A stretch of DNA of 64,000 nt, from assembly GCA_024451685.1 (NCBI GenBank), contig JAMXCW010000010.1, forward strand, positions 3-64,002, in the 5' to 3' direction. This DNA comes from Candidatus Bathyanammoxibius amoris (GTDB lineage Bacteria; Planctomycetota; Brocadiia; Brocadiales; Bathyanammoxibiaceae). The translations under genes and the position numbers were made by a program. Within the stretch, counting starts at the first letter, position 1, and the number at the start of each line of letters is the position of its first letter. A model generated the notes under the pieces. It saw only the letters and a list, made by a program, of their open reading frames with translations. It ran no database searches and was not told the DNA's origin. Of this stretch, positions 17,212 to 25,882 are shown in pieces.

Positions 17212-17673
17212 ATGGCCGACGAAACCGACATAAAACTGCTGAAACAGATACAGGACGGCATCCCGCTCACGGAAACGCCGTACCGGGACATAGCGTCCGC
17301 GCTGGGGCTCACCGAGGACGATGTAATCAGCCGGCTGGAAAGGCTTCTTGAAGAAAAGAAGATACGCCGCTTCGCCGCGTCCGTCGCCCACCGCAAGATA
17401 GGTATAACGTCAAACGCCATGACCGTCTGGCGTGTGCCGCCGGAGCGTGTCGACGAGGTCGGGCCCGTGATGGCAGCCTTCTCCGAGGTCACCCACTGCT
17501 ACGAACGCCCCACCTTCCCCGACTGGCCGTACAACGTATTCACCATGATCCACGGCTACACCGACGGGGAGTGTGAACGCGTAATTGAGACCATAAAGGA
17601 AAAGACCGGACTCAGCGACTACGTAATCCTCTACAGCGAAAAAGAATTCAAGAAAACAGGGACAAGGATTTAA
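17212..17673 (+). CDS. siroheme decarboxylase subunit (AhbB/NirG-H family)
   Basis: Paralog of the preceding gene (DIKLLKQIQDGIPLTETPYRDIASALG...), 22 nt downstream of it. Confidence 0.75.
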   Translation: MADETDIKLLKQIQDGIPLTETPYRDIASALGLTEDDVISRLERLLEEKKIRRFAASVAHRKIGITSNAMTVWRVPPERVDEVGPVMAAFSEVTHCYERPTFPDWPYNVFTMIHGYTDGECERVIETIKEKTGLSDYVILYSEKEFKKTGTRI

Positions 17674-17776
17674 TAAATAGACGAGGTAGAAAAGACTCCG
17701 CCTGCCATAGACATCTCCACCACATACCGGTACCATGTTTATCGTAATTGTTGTTCATCAATAATAAAGTTTGACA

Positions 17777-18862
17777 ATGTCAGAAGACCCAAAGAAATAT
17801 CTGAAACGAGGCGACAAGCTCTCTGATCAAAGTGATTATCACGCTGCCATACGGTACTACAACAGGGCGCTAAAAATCAAACCAAAGTACATCGAGGCAT
17901 GGTATGGTAAAGGTTTAGCCTTGTACCACTTGGATAGCTATGATGAGGCCATTAAATACTTTGACAAAGTCATGAAGATTAAACCAAAGTATGCTCTAGC
18001 AGGGTTCGGCAAGTGTGCTGCCCTGTATCGGTTGGGCAGGTACGAGGAAGCTATTGAATACAACGATAAGGTATTGAAGATTACAGGCCCAAAACACCCC
18101 CTACCATGGTATGGCAAGAGTATAGCCCTGTATAAACTTGGCCGGTATAAAGAAGCAGAACAGGCAGCTAGAAAGGCGGCGAACTTAGGAGAAGATGTTC
18201 ACGGATATGCTAACAACTGGGGAGATGTTCTTCTAAAGCTAAAGCAGTACGATGAGGCAGAGAACACATATCTTAGGGCCAACGAGCTTAAAGAGACGTG
18301 GCACTCTCATCTTGGACTAGCTAAGGTGTATATAGAACTTGGTGATGAACTTGGTGAAAAAGACCTTTACGAAGATGCCCTTGAGAACTTAAATAATATT
18401 CTCAAATTAGGCATTCCAGGAGACAAAGAAGACAAACTAGATTACTATTTTCAGAGGGGATATACGAATGCAAAGCTGGGGAACTGGAAAGAGGCGGAAA
18501 GGAATTTCCTGGAGTGTAAAGAAGACCCGAAGGCAAAGAGGAACATACGCAGGATAAAAAGTCGCCTCAAAGTCGATGGTCCCTCCTCAAGAAAACTCGT
18601 TTATGGAGGTTGGGCCCTTGCCGGTGTGTCCGTTGTTGTCTTAAGTATCTTTTGTGTGTTCTTCTTTATTAGTTCTAAGAACATTGATTCTGACCTTTTG
18701 AAGATAATAATACCAATATCTCTATTTTTTATCGCAGTAGGCGTCTGTCTACCTTACATCAGGTCATTAAAGGGTCCCGCAGGTATGGGATTTGAGAAAG
18801 AGATAAGTATCAGACCTGAATTTACACCACTCGAGCTCAAGCTTGAGTCACCGTCATTATAA
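17777..18862 (+). CDS. TPR-repeat protein with C-terminal transmembrane helices
   Basis: Repeated A..Y..AL...P.Y..AW TPR units in the N-terminal 250 aa and two hydrophobic helices near the C-terminus. ATG 17777 is preferred over TTG 17771. Confidence 0.7.
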   Translation: MSEDPKKYLKRGDKLSDQSDYHAAIRYYNRALKIKPKYIEAWYGKGLALYHLDSYDEAIKYFDKVMKIKPKYALAGFGKCAALYRLGRYEEAIEYNDKVLKITGPKHPLPWYGKSIALYKLGRYKEAEQAARKAANLGEDVHGYANNWGDVLLKLKQYDEAENTYLRANELKETWHSHLGLAKVYIELGDELGEKDLYEDALENLNNILKLGIPGDKEDKLDYYFQRGYTNAKLGNWKEAERNFLECKEDPKAKRNIRRIKSRLKVDGPSSRKLVYGGWALAGVSVVVLSIFCVFFFISSKNIDSDLLKIIIPISLFFIAVGVCLPYIRSLKGPAGMGFEKEISIRPEFTPLELKLESPSL

Positions 18863-18869
18863 AAATATT

Positions 18870-18924
18870 GTAGCTGCTCGATTTATCGAGCCATTTGTGT
18901 ACGCCCCGTAAATAGGGCAACTAC
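18870..18924. repeat. 55-nt composite palindromic intergenic element, copy 2
   Basis: It has the same termini GTAGCTGC...CAACTAC and the same length as 441-495. The inner hairpins (CTCGA-TTTA-TCGAG and GCCC...GGGC) have different stems but similar loops. Confidence 0.6.
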
Positions 18925-18939
18925 GGGTGGGGATTACCA

Positions 18940-18966
18940 GATTCTTCGCTGGCGCACAGGATGACA
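18940..18966. repeat. copy of the GATTCTTCGCT...CAGGATGACA motif
   Basis: GATTCTTCGCT lies at 18940-18950 and CAGGATGACA at 18957-18966. Confidence 0.55.
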
Positions 18967-19028
18967 GTTAGCGGTGGCGTATTAACGGTGCGTCAAGAGT
19001 CACCATGCATAAACAATTATGACCCTAC

Positions 19029-19478
19029 TTACCTGGAGTGTTTTTTTGCGTAGCGGATTATGACTTCTTCCTGTTCGGGGGTCTCGATGGAGCCGGGGCG
19101 TTTCTTGCGCACTTCTTTGACGGCGCTCTTGGCGCTGTAACCCCCGTGTACAAGGTAACATGCGAGCATGGTACCCGTCCTGCCGATACCCGCGTGGCAG
19201 TGCACCACCACCTTCTTGCCCATCTCTTTCATCCTGGTCGAGAACTCCACAAACTCGTCAATCTGTTCCAGAGAGGGTGCGGAAAGGTCTACAACGGGCA
19301 CGTGCTTGTACTCAAAACCGAACTCCTCGAGAAGGGGCTTGTTGAGGGAATTCTCCGTGAGGGAGACTATGGCGTCTATGTCGTGTTCTTTGAGGAACTC
19401 AAAATCGCTTACCGTCGAGACCGGCATCGCCATGCCTGCTATCTCATCAGCCACAAGCCAGCTGAAATTCCTGGGCAT
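19029..19478 (-). CDS. dual-specificity / protein-tyrosine phosphatase
   Basis: CX5R P-loop HCHAGIGRTG within a 149-aa protein. Confidence 0.85.
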   Translation of the reverse strand: MPRNFSWLVADEIAGMAMPVSTVSDFEFLKEHDIDAIVSLTENSLNKPLLEEFGFEYKHVPVVDLSAPSLEQIDEFVEFSTRMKEMGKKVVVHCHAGIGRTGTMLACYLVHGGYSAKSAVKEVRKKRPGSIETPEQEEVIIRYAKKHSR

Positions 19479-19508
19479 ACTTCCGACCTCAAATGATTAC
19501 TTGCGTAA

Positions 19509-19925
19509 CTACTCCCCAAGGGCCTTGAGGATGCCCCACTGCATTCTGTCTATCTCACCCTCGGAATACCTGCCCTGCCTCCAGCCGAAGTGAAACCCGT
19601 CGTCTTTGCGCCTCGGGATTATATGAAAGTGTACGTGAGGGACGGTCTGCCCGGCGCAGGGTTTGTTTGTCTGGAAGACGTTCAGGCCATCTGCTTCGGT
19701 GTACTCGGCAACGGCCCTTGCCAGCGCCGGTATCATCTCCGCCACCTTGCCCAGCTCCCTGCCGGGGATGTCCATTATCGTCTCATAGTGCTTTTTGGGT
19801 ACAACAAGGATGTGGCCGTGGTTCACAGGGTTTATGTCCAGAAAGGCGAAGGCCTTTTTGTCCTCAATGAGCTTGACTGCCGGCAGCTCACCGTTGACAA
19901 TCTTACAGAACGCGCACTCCTTCAT
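19509..19925 (-). CDS. HIT-family nucleotide hydrolase/transferase
   Basis: Histidine-triad motif HVHFHIIPR and an N-terminal CxxC (CAFC). It overlaps the rplQ stop by 4 nt. Confidence 0.88.
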   Translation of the reverse strand: MKECAFCKIVNGELPAVKLIEDKKAFAFLDINPVNHGHILVVPKKHYETIMDIPGRELGKVAEMIPALARAVAEYTEADGLNVFQTNKPCAGQTVPHVHFHIIPRRKDDGFHFGWRQGRYSEGEIDRMQWGILKALGE

Positions 19926-20758
19926 TCCTTTTCTTCTTTCTTTCCGGTCTGCTCTTCAGGCTCTTTTTGCTCTTTCTGTGCCGCAGGCGCTTTTGCTTCT
20001 TTGGCCTTTTCTACCCTTGTCTCTTTCGCCCCGGCTTTAGCTTCTTTCTCTTTAGCCTCTACCTCTTTGGTCTCTATCTCTACAGTTTCAGCCTTTTGCC
20101 CTGCCGCCTTAGCCTTCGGCGCCTTTGCCCCGGCTTTTGTCGCCTCGGCCTTTGCGGCCTGTGGTCTCTTTCGCCCGGTCTTTTTGGTCTCTACCTTTGG
20201 CGCTTCGGCCTTTGGCTCGACCGCCTCTTCCTTCTTAGGCTCCTCACCCAGACCCTCAACCAGCTCGAAAATAACCCTGTCTGCGTTGTCACCAAGACGA
20301 TTTCCCACCAGGCGAAGCTTCCTGTTTACTCCCCCCATCTTGTATTCCAGTACAGGGACCTTGCCGACCTTACCACCGGTAAGCACGCCCAACCTGCTCC
20401 CGGAGAGACGCATTATCCTGGTATAGCCCCCGTTTCTGGTCAAATATCTCTGCGCTATACCGCCGTCTTCCCGCCATTTCCCTTCGCCCACCAGCTTCTT
20501 CACCATCTCCTTGTCCCGCAGCCTTGACAAGATCATGCGGTAATAATGGACATAGGCGGCCTTGTCCGTATCTCTTTTCGAGACGGCTTTTCTCGCAAGG
20601 GTAATGAGCTTCTCTACAAACGGTTTTACCTCCTTGGCCTTGGGCAAGGTAGTGATAATTCTGCCATGGGTGAACAGGCTGGCCGCCAAGTTACGGCGCA
20701 AAGCGACCCTGTGGCTGGAGGTCCTGCTCAGATGTCTCCCTTTAACTCTATGTCTCAT
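19922..20758 (-). CDS. rplQ: 50S ribosomal protein L17 with a long Lys/Ala/Glu-rich C-terminal extension
   Basis: N-terminus MRHRVKGRHLSRTSSHRVALRRNLA and GGYTRI match L17. At 278 aa it is about twice the usual length, and it follows rpoA. Confidence 0.93.
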   Translation of the reverse strand: MRHRVKGRHLSRTSSHRVALRRNLAASLFTHGRIITTLPKAKEVKPFVEKLITLARKAVSKRDTDKAAYVHYYRMILSRLRDKEMVKKLVGEGKWREDGGIAQRYLTRNGGYTRIMRLSGSRLGVLTGGKVGKVPVLEYKMGGVNRKLRLVGNRLGDNADRVIFELVEGLGEEPKKEEAVEPKAEAPKVETKKTGRKRPQAAKAEATKAGAKAPKAKAAGQKAETVEIETKEVEAKEKEAKAGAKETRVEKAKEAKAPAAQKEQKEPEEQTGKKEEKE

Positions 20759-21770
20759 CCGAACTTACCTTTTCCTTCTTCTGCATGCCGAAACTCAGGC
20801 CGAGCTGGGCCAATTTCTTCTTGACCTCTTTGAGCGTCGTCCTTCCAAAATTCCTTATCGACAGCACCTCGTCTTCCGTGAGAGATATCAATTCTCCGAT
20901 GGCCTTTATGTTTGCAGCCTCAAGACAGTTAGACGCGCGCACAGAGAGGTCGAGTTCCGTAACTGGTTTCTCCGACTGCGCCTGAAGTTCGTCTGTCACC
21001 TCTGCCTTCGACTCGGCCACGGCCTCCAGAGCAGGCTTCATGTCCAGGCGCGGCAGTTCGCGCCCTATTTCAAAAAGCTGTACAAACGGGTTAAGGTGTT
21101 TTCTTAATATCTTGGCTGCCTCTACCAATGCCATCTGCGGCGAGACGACACCGTTTGTCCACATCTCAATAATCAGTTTGTCGTAATTGGTTTTCCTGCC
21201 AACCCTGGTGTCCTCCGTATAGAACTTCACCTTTCTCACAGGAGAAAATATTGAATCCAGGGCAATCAGCCCTATTTCTGGTTCTTCCGGCTCGTTTTCT
21301 TCAGCAGTCACGTAGCCTCGTCCTTTTCTCACCTCCATTTCCACCTTAAAACTCACGTTATCTGAAAGAGTCGCTATGTGAAGGTCGGGATTAATTATCT
21401 CGGCATCACCCTCCGTGATAATGTCTTTCGCCTTTACCTCCCCCTTTTTACGCGCCTCGATCTTGAGCTTTCTCGGCTGGTCATCCTGGAGCTTCACTAC
21501 GATGGACTTGATGTTGAGCAGAATATCCGTCACATCCTCGACCACCCCGGGAATGTACGTGAACTCATGTTTCACACCAGCGAACTTCACGGTAGTTGCG
21601 GCGCTACCCTCTAAGGACGATAGTAAAACTCTTCGAAGACTGTTGCCGATAGTAATTCCGTAACCCCTCTCAAAGGGTTCTACGGTAAACTTGCCGTACG
21701 TATCGGTCAGCGTCTCCTGGTCTACTGTGATGCGAGTCGGTAGCTCAAACCCTCTCCACCGAATTCGCAT
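20748..21770 (-). CDS. rpoA: DNA-directed RNA polymerase subunit alpha
   Basis: The GNSLRRVLLSSLEGSA motif, a length of 340 aa and its position in the alpha operon. Confidence 0.96.
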   Translation of the reverse strand: MRIRWRGFELPTRITVDQETLTDTYGKFTVEPFERGYGITIGNSLRRVLLSSLEGSAATTVKFAGVKHEFTYIPGVVEDVTDILLNIKSIVVKLQDDQPRKLKIEARKKGEVKAKDIITEGDAEIINPDLHIATLSDNVSFKVEMEVRKGRGYVTAEENEPEEPEIGLIALDSIFSPVRKVKFYTEDTRVGRKTNYDKLIIEMWTNGVVSPQMALVEAAKILRKHLNPFVQLFEIGRELPRLDMKPALEAVAESKAEVTDELQAQSEKPVTELDLSVRASNCLEAANIKAIGELISLTEDEVLSIRNFGRTTLKEVKKKLAQLGLSFGMQKKEKVSSDET

Positions 21771-21824
21771 ATTTCCCTCCCCTCTAAAAGCCTATTTTGT
21801 TTAAAGGAACCTTTTTAAACCTGA

Positions 21825-22451
21825 TTATTTCGAACAAAGCTCGACTACCAACTGCTCCTGTATAGGAACTGAAACCTCTTCCCTCACCAACAGCCTAAGG
21901 ACTTTGGCCTGCGGGGTGTCTTTATCCAATTCCAGCCACGGCGAATCAAAGCGTGGCGCATAACTCTGAAGATTGGTCGTTGCCATACCCACACTCTGCT
22001 TTCTTGTGGCCGGTTTAATAACATCACCTACCCTCACAAGGTAGGAAGGTATGTCGAGCCTTCTGCCGTTTACCATTATATGGCCGTGACCTATTATCTG
22101 TTTCGCCTCCTTCCTGGATGCAGCGAAGCAAAGAAGGTAGAGTACATTGTCCAGCCTCCTTTCCAGCAATACGAGTAGATTTTCTCCCGTGTTACCCTTT
22201 TGTCGTTCGGCCTTCTCAAAGACCTTCCTGAAAGACCTCTCCATTACGCCATAGGACCTTTTCAGTTTCTGCTTCTCCCTGAACTGCAGTCCATATTTGG
22301 ACATCTTGCTTCTGCGCCAGAAATGCTGGCCGGGAACGGTTTTCCTCTTCGTAACGGGACACTTCACCGTATGGCAGCGGTTGCCCTTGAGGTACAATTT
22401 TGTCCCTTCTCGTCTGCACAACCTGCAGGACGGCCCATTGTATTTGCCCAT
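21825..22451 (-). CDS. rpsD: 30S ribosomal protein S4
   Basis: N-terminus MGKYNGPSCRLCRREGTKLYLKGNRC (Cys4 form) and operon position. Confidence 0.96.
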   Translation of the reverse strand: MGKYNGPSCRLCRREGTKLYLKGNRCHTVKCPVTKRKTVPGQHFWRRSKMSKYGLQFREKQKLKRSYGVMERSFRKVFEKAERQKGNTGENLLVLLERRLDNVLYLLCFAASRKEAKQIIGHGHIMVNGRRLDIPSYLVRVGDVIKPATRKQSVGMATTNLQSYAPRFDSPWLELDKDTPQAKVLRLLVREEVSVPIQEQLVVELCSK

Positions 22452-22457
22452 CTCCTA

Positions 22458-22838
22458 CTACACCCTCCTCTTCTTTCTGGGGCGACAACCGTTGTGTGGC
22501 AGTGGTGTCACGTCTTCGATGGATTTAACGCTAAGCCCTGCCATCTGAAGTGCCGTGATGGCGGATTCCCTGCCTGAACCGGGTCCCTTGACCTTTATGT
22601 CAAGCTCTGAGACCCCTTGCTTTAAGGCCTTATCAGCCACGTTTTCGGCGGCCTTCTGTGCCGCAAATGGGGTGCTCTTTCTGGAACCCTTGAACCCCAC
22701 AGTCCCTGCCGATGCCCAGCATATGGTCTCTCCGTTCAGGTCTGTTATATTGATGAACGTGTTGTTAAAGGTAGCCTTTATGTGAGCCACCGCCCTGTTA
22801 ACGGTGCGTCGTACATTCTTTTTGCCAGATTTGGCCAT
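22458..22838 (-). CDS. rpsK: 30S ribosomal protein S11
   Basis: The block [44 protein letters not shown]. Confidence 0.96.
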   Translation of the reverse strand: MAKSGKKNVRRTVNRAVAHIKATFNNTFINITDLNGETICWASAGTVGFKGSRKSTPFAAQKAAENVADKALKQGVSELDIKVKGPGSGRESAITALQMAGLSVKSIEDVTPLPHNGCRPRKKRRV

Positions 22839-23683
22839 CAGCCATCCTCTCCATTGAAATGTTCAGGAAGAAACTTTTCTAATATTGAACGGACACCAAA
22901 CTGATGACATAATCTCCTGTAACCGTCCATTCCCTTCTTCTTTCCAGACCTCAGTCTTCTCGCCGTTATGACAAGGTTCTTCGGCGTCACCGTGGGAGGG
23001 ACTATCTCATGGAACGTAACATGATAACCGGCTCCCATTAAGACCTGTGCCCTTAAGGCATCCGTAAGAAGGTCTGCAAAGCGATAGCGCAGAGGGCCAA
23101 AATCCGTCAGGTCCTTCAACGGTTGCGTGGACCGTATCTGACCCCTGACCTGATTGTGGCAGCAAGGCACTACCATAATGTATGCCGCGTCCAACCTTAT
23201 GCCTCTGGCCACTGCCTCGTCCGTGGCGGAGTCACAGGCATGGAGGGCAAGGACTATGTCTATCTTTTTCTCTCCCGGGAGCTTGAACTCCCGTGTCCGC
23301 CCTAACGAGAAATCCATGTTGTCGTAATCAAGCGTGACGGCAATCCTGCGGCACTTCTCCACAAGGGCCTCAGAGACGTCTACCCCGTAAAACGTACATT
23401 TCATACCGTCTAATTCCTTCAGTATGCGGTTCAGGGCGAAGGCCAGATATGATTTACCGCATGAGCACTCCAAAAATACCAGCTCATCATCCAATACGTC
23501 CTTGAGTGCGCGCAGGATATGCAAGGAAAAACCGACCGTTTCCTTGAACTTCTTTATTTCTCTGTGGCTGACGCCGCCGTCGGGACCTTCCCACCTGAGG
23601 GCACGCAGAAACTCACCGGAGGAAGTCAACACGGTGGAAATCGCCTCAGCGCTATACTCTGTATCCTGCAGAATGGTGCTCAT
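22838..23683 (-). CDS. class I SAM-dependent methyltransferase embedded between rpsM and rpsK
   Basis: Motif-I-like [10 protein letters not shown] and an ALHACD motif (Methyltransf_32-like pattern). Its TGA shares one nucleotide with the rpsK ATG (TGATG), and its start lies 7 nt after the rpsM stop. Confidence 0.7.
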   Translation of the reverse strand: MSTILQDTEYSAEAISTVLTSSGEFLRALRWEGPDGGVSHREIKKFKETVGFSLHILRALKDVLDDELVFLECSCGKSYLAFALNRILKELDGMKCTFYGVDVSEALVEKCRRIAVTLDYDNMDFSLGRTREFKLPGEKKIDIVLALHACDSATDEAVARGIRLDAAYIMVVPCCHNQVRGQIRSTQPLKDLTDFGPLRYRFADLLTDALRAQVLMGAGYHVTFHEIVPPTVTPKNLVITARRLRSGKKKGMDGYRRLCHQFGVRSILEKFLPEHFNGEDG

Positions 23684-23690
23684 ATATTTA

Positions 23691-24071
23691 TTAACCTTTT
23701 TCCACGCCCTTCTTGCCTGCTACGGTCCTTTTCCTACCCTTTCTGGTGCGGGCGTTTGTGCTTGTCCTCTGTCCCCTTACGGGCAATCCCATCCTGTGTC
23801 GCAAACCACGATAACTGCCAATACTCCTCAACAGGCTTATATTCTGGTTGGTCTGACGCCTGAGAGCACCTTCAACAACGTGGTTCTTTTCTATATAGGC
23901 CCCCAGGGTGCTTAACTGGTCTTCATGCAGGTCTTTTGCCCGAACGCTTTCGTCCATGTTCAGTTCCTTCAGAACTTTACCTGACAGGGTTCTGCCTATA
24001 CCGAATATGTAGGTGAGTGAAATAACTATCGGCTTGTCAGCCGGTATGTCTACTCCCGCAATCCTAGGCAT
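23691..24071 (-). CDS. rpsM: 30S ribosomal protein S13
   Basis: [28 protein letters not shown]. The start is trimmed to ATG 24071 because the ORF-track extension to 24131 would overlap rpmJ. Confidence 0.95.
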   Translation of the reverse strand: MPRIAGVDIPADKPIVISLTYIFGIGRTLSGKVLKELNMDESVRAKDLHEDQLSTLGAYIEKNHVVEGALRRQTNQNISLLRSIGSYRGLRHRMGLPVRGQRTSTNARTRKGRKRTVAGKKGVEKG

Positions 24072-24090
24072 TAAAGACCCCTTCCTTTTG

Positions 24091-24204
24091 TCATCCCTGG
24101 CGTTGTTTGTGCCTCGGGTTGGTGCATACAACGCGAACCACGTTCTTACGCCTGATTATCTTGCAATGCTCACAGATACGTTTTACTGAAGACCGTACTT
24201 TCAT
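24091..24204 (-). CDS. rpmJ: 50S ribosomal protein L36
   Basis: Hand-translated 37 aa: [37 protein letters not shown]. It is too short for the ORF track and sits between infA and rpsM. Confidence 0.93.
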   Translation of the reverse strand: MKVRSSVKRICEHCKIIRRKNVVRVVCTNPRHKQRQG

Positions 24205-24237
24205 ATTGCTTTCAGAAACCCTTCCTGTCTCCGGCCC

Positions 24238-24456
24238 CTAGGGCTGACGGTAAATTATTCTCCCTCTATCCAGGTCATACGGTGACATCTCTATGGTTAC
24301 TTTGTCGCCCGGCAGGATTCGTATGAAATGCATCCTCATCTTGCCAGAGACATGTGCCAGAATCTTATGTCCGTTCGGCAATTCTACCCTGAACATAGCG
24401 TTCGGGAGAGATTCTTTTACGACTGCTTCTACCCTTATAGGCTCCTCTTTAGCCAT
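24238..24456 (-). CDS. infA: translation initiation factor IF-1
   Basis: 72 aa containing [35 protein letters not shown]. Confidence 0.96.
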   Translation of the reverse strand: MAKEEPIRVEAVVKESLPNAMFRVELPNGHKILAHVSGKMRMHFIRILPGDKVTIEMSPYDLDRGRIIYRQP

Positions 24457-24467
24457 ACACTCCTTGT

Positions 24468-25223
24468 TTATTCCCTTGTAAGTACCTCACAACCCGTATC
24501 AGTAACCACCACGGTATGTTCGAAATGGGCCGAGAGCTTACGGTCTTTTGTGACAACCGTCCACTTGTTGTCCAGCACCTCCGTCTCGGCACTGCCCTCA
24601 CATATCATAGGCTCGATGGCCAAAGTGGTGCCCGTAAGCAGTGTCACGTCTCTGGCCAGCAGGGAATCACTCACATAATTCGGCACCTGAGGGTCTTCGT
24701 GCATGTCCCTTCCGATCCCATGCCCGGTATAATCCCTTACCACAGAATACCCGTTTGCCTCTGCATGCTCCTGTATGCAGGCGGCGACATGAGAGAGTTT
24801 TGTGCCGGACCTTATCGTCTTTATCGCCCTGTACAGGGACTCTTCACATACCCGTAAGAGACTCTCCGTACCGGGTGAGTTCTGCCCTATAATTAACGAC
24901 ACCGCCGCATCCGCCATATATTTCTTGTATTCCACGCCTATATCAACGCTCAGGACGTCGCCTTCGCTAAGTTCTCTCGAACCCGGTATACCATGCACCA
25001 CCTCTTCATTGATGGAGGTGCATATGCTCCTTGGAAAGCCCCTGTAGCCCTTAAATACCGCCCTGCCGTTGTGCCGTTGGACATATTCGTCTAATTCCAC
25101 GTCCAGAAAATCCGTAGTAACTCCAGCCTTCGCCAGCTCTCTTGCAAGATGCAGTGCCCCGGCAACTATCCTCCCGGCCTCCCTCATCCTCTCTATCTGT
25201 CTGGCGCTCTTGCACTCTATCAT
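24468..25223 (-). CDS. map: type I methionine aminopeptidase
   Basis: 251 aa with the metal-ligand context VHGIP...DIGV...GHGIG...EP and the standard position between adk and infA. Confidence 0.93.
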   Translation of the reverse strand: MIECKSARQIERMREAGRIVAGALHLARELAKAGVTTDFLDVELDEYVQRHNGRAVFKGYRGFPRSICTSINEEVVHGIPGSRELSEGDVLSVDIGVEYKKYMADAAVSLIIGQNSPGTESLLRVCEESLYRAIKTIRSGTKLSHVAACIQEHAEANGYSVVRDYTGHGIGRDMHEDPQVPNYVSDSLLARDVTLLTGTTLAIEPMICEGSAETEVLDNKWTVVTKDRKLSAHFEHTVVVTDTGCEVLTRE

Positions 25224-25882
25224 ATCTCTTCCATGGACAGCGCATCCAAGTACTTAAAAATTTCGCCCCGTATGTCCACCACATCCTGGTCTGCGTCAAT
25301 GGTATTGAGTGCGCCTCTTTCTTTATAATAGTCGATAAGGCCCGCCGTCTGTTCACGGTAGACCTTAAGTCTCTTTTTCGCAGTTTCTACATTATCGTCC
25401 GGCCTCTGCCCAAGCTTCCCTCCACACTTGTCGCAGACGCCGGCCTCTTTCGGTGGCATATACAGTTCGTGGTAATTGGCTCCACACGATGAACACAGCC
25501 ACCTACCTGTAAGGCGCTTTACCGCCGTTTCCTCAGATACGGCAAAATAGAATACCATATCAACTTCCCGTCCCAACTCCTTCAGGGTCTTGTCCAGGGC
25601 CTTCGCCTGCACAAGGTTCCTTGGAAACCCGTCTAAAAGAAAACTCGAATTCTGGCCGCCTTTTGCCATACAATCCGCAACGATATCTACCACCACCTCG
25701 TCAGGGACAAGAAGACCTTTTTCCATATATTCCTTAGCCTTCAAGCCGGTCGCCGTGCCTGCCTGAAGGGCCTCTCTGAGCAGGTCGCCGGTAGAGACGT
25801 GCTCCATATTCCTTTCTCTGCACACGGCCTCAGCCTGGGTCCCCTTCCCTGCACCTGGAGGACCTAAGAATACGACGTTCAT
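25220..25882 (-). CDS. adk: adenylate kinase (Zn-lid form)
   Basis: P-loop GPPGAGKGTQ and LID cysteines CSSCG...CDKCG. Confidence 0.95.
   Translation of the reverse strand: MNVVFLGPPGAGKGTQAEAVCRERNMEHVSTGDLLREALQAGTATGLKAKEYMEKGLLVPDEVVVDIVADCMAKGGQNSSFLLDGFPRNLVQAKALDKTLKELGREVDMVFYFAVSEETAVKRLTGRWLCSSCGANYHELYMPPKEAGVCDKCGGKLGQRPDDNVETAKKRLKVYREQTAGLIDYYKERGALNTIDADQDVVDIRGEIFKYLDALSMEEI

Noticed and set aside
19590-20426. 278-aa plus-strand ORF antisense to the HIT gene and the rplQ tail
   Set aside because: It is a low-complexity Ser/Ala/Phe-rich shadow of the Lys/Ala/Glu-rich L17 tail. The opposite strand carries well-supported genes.
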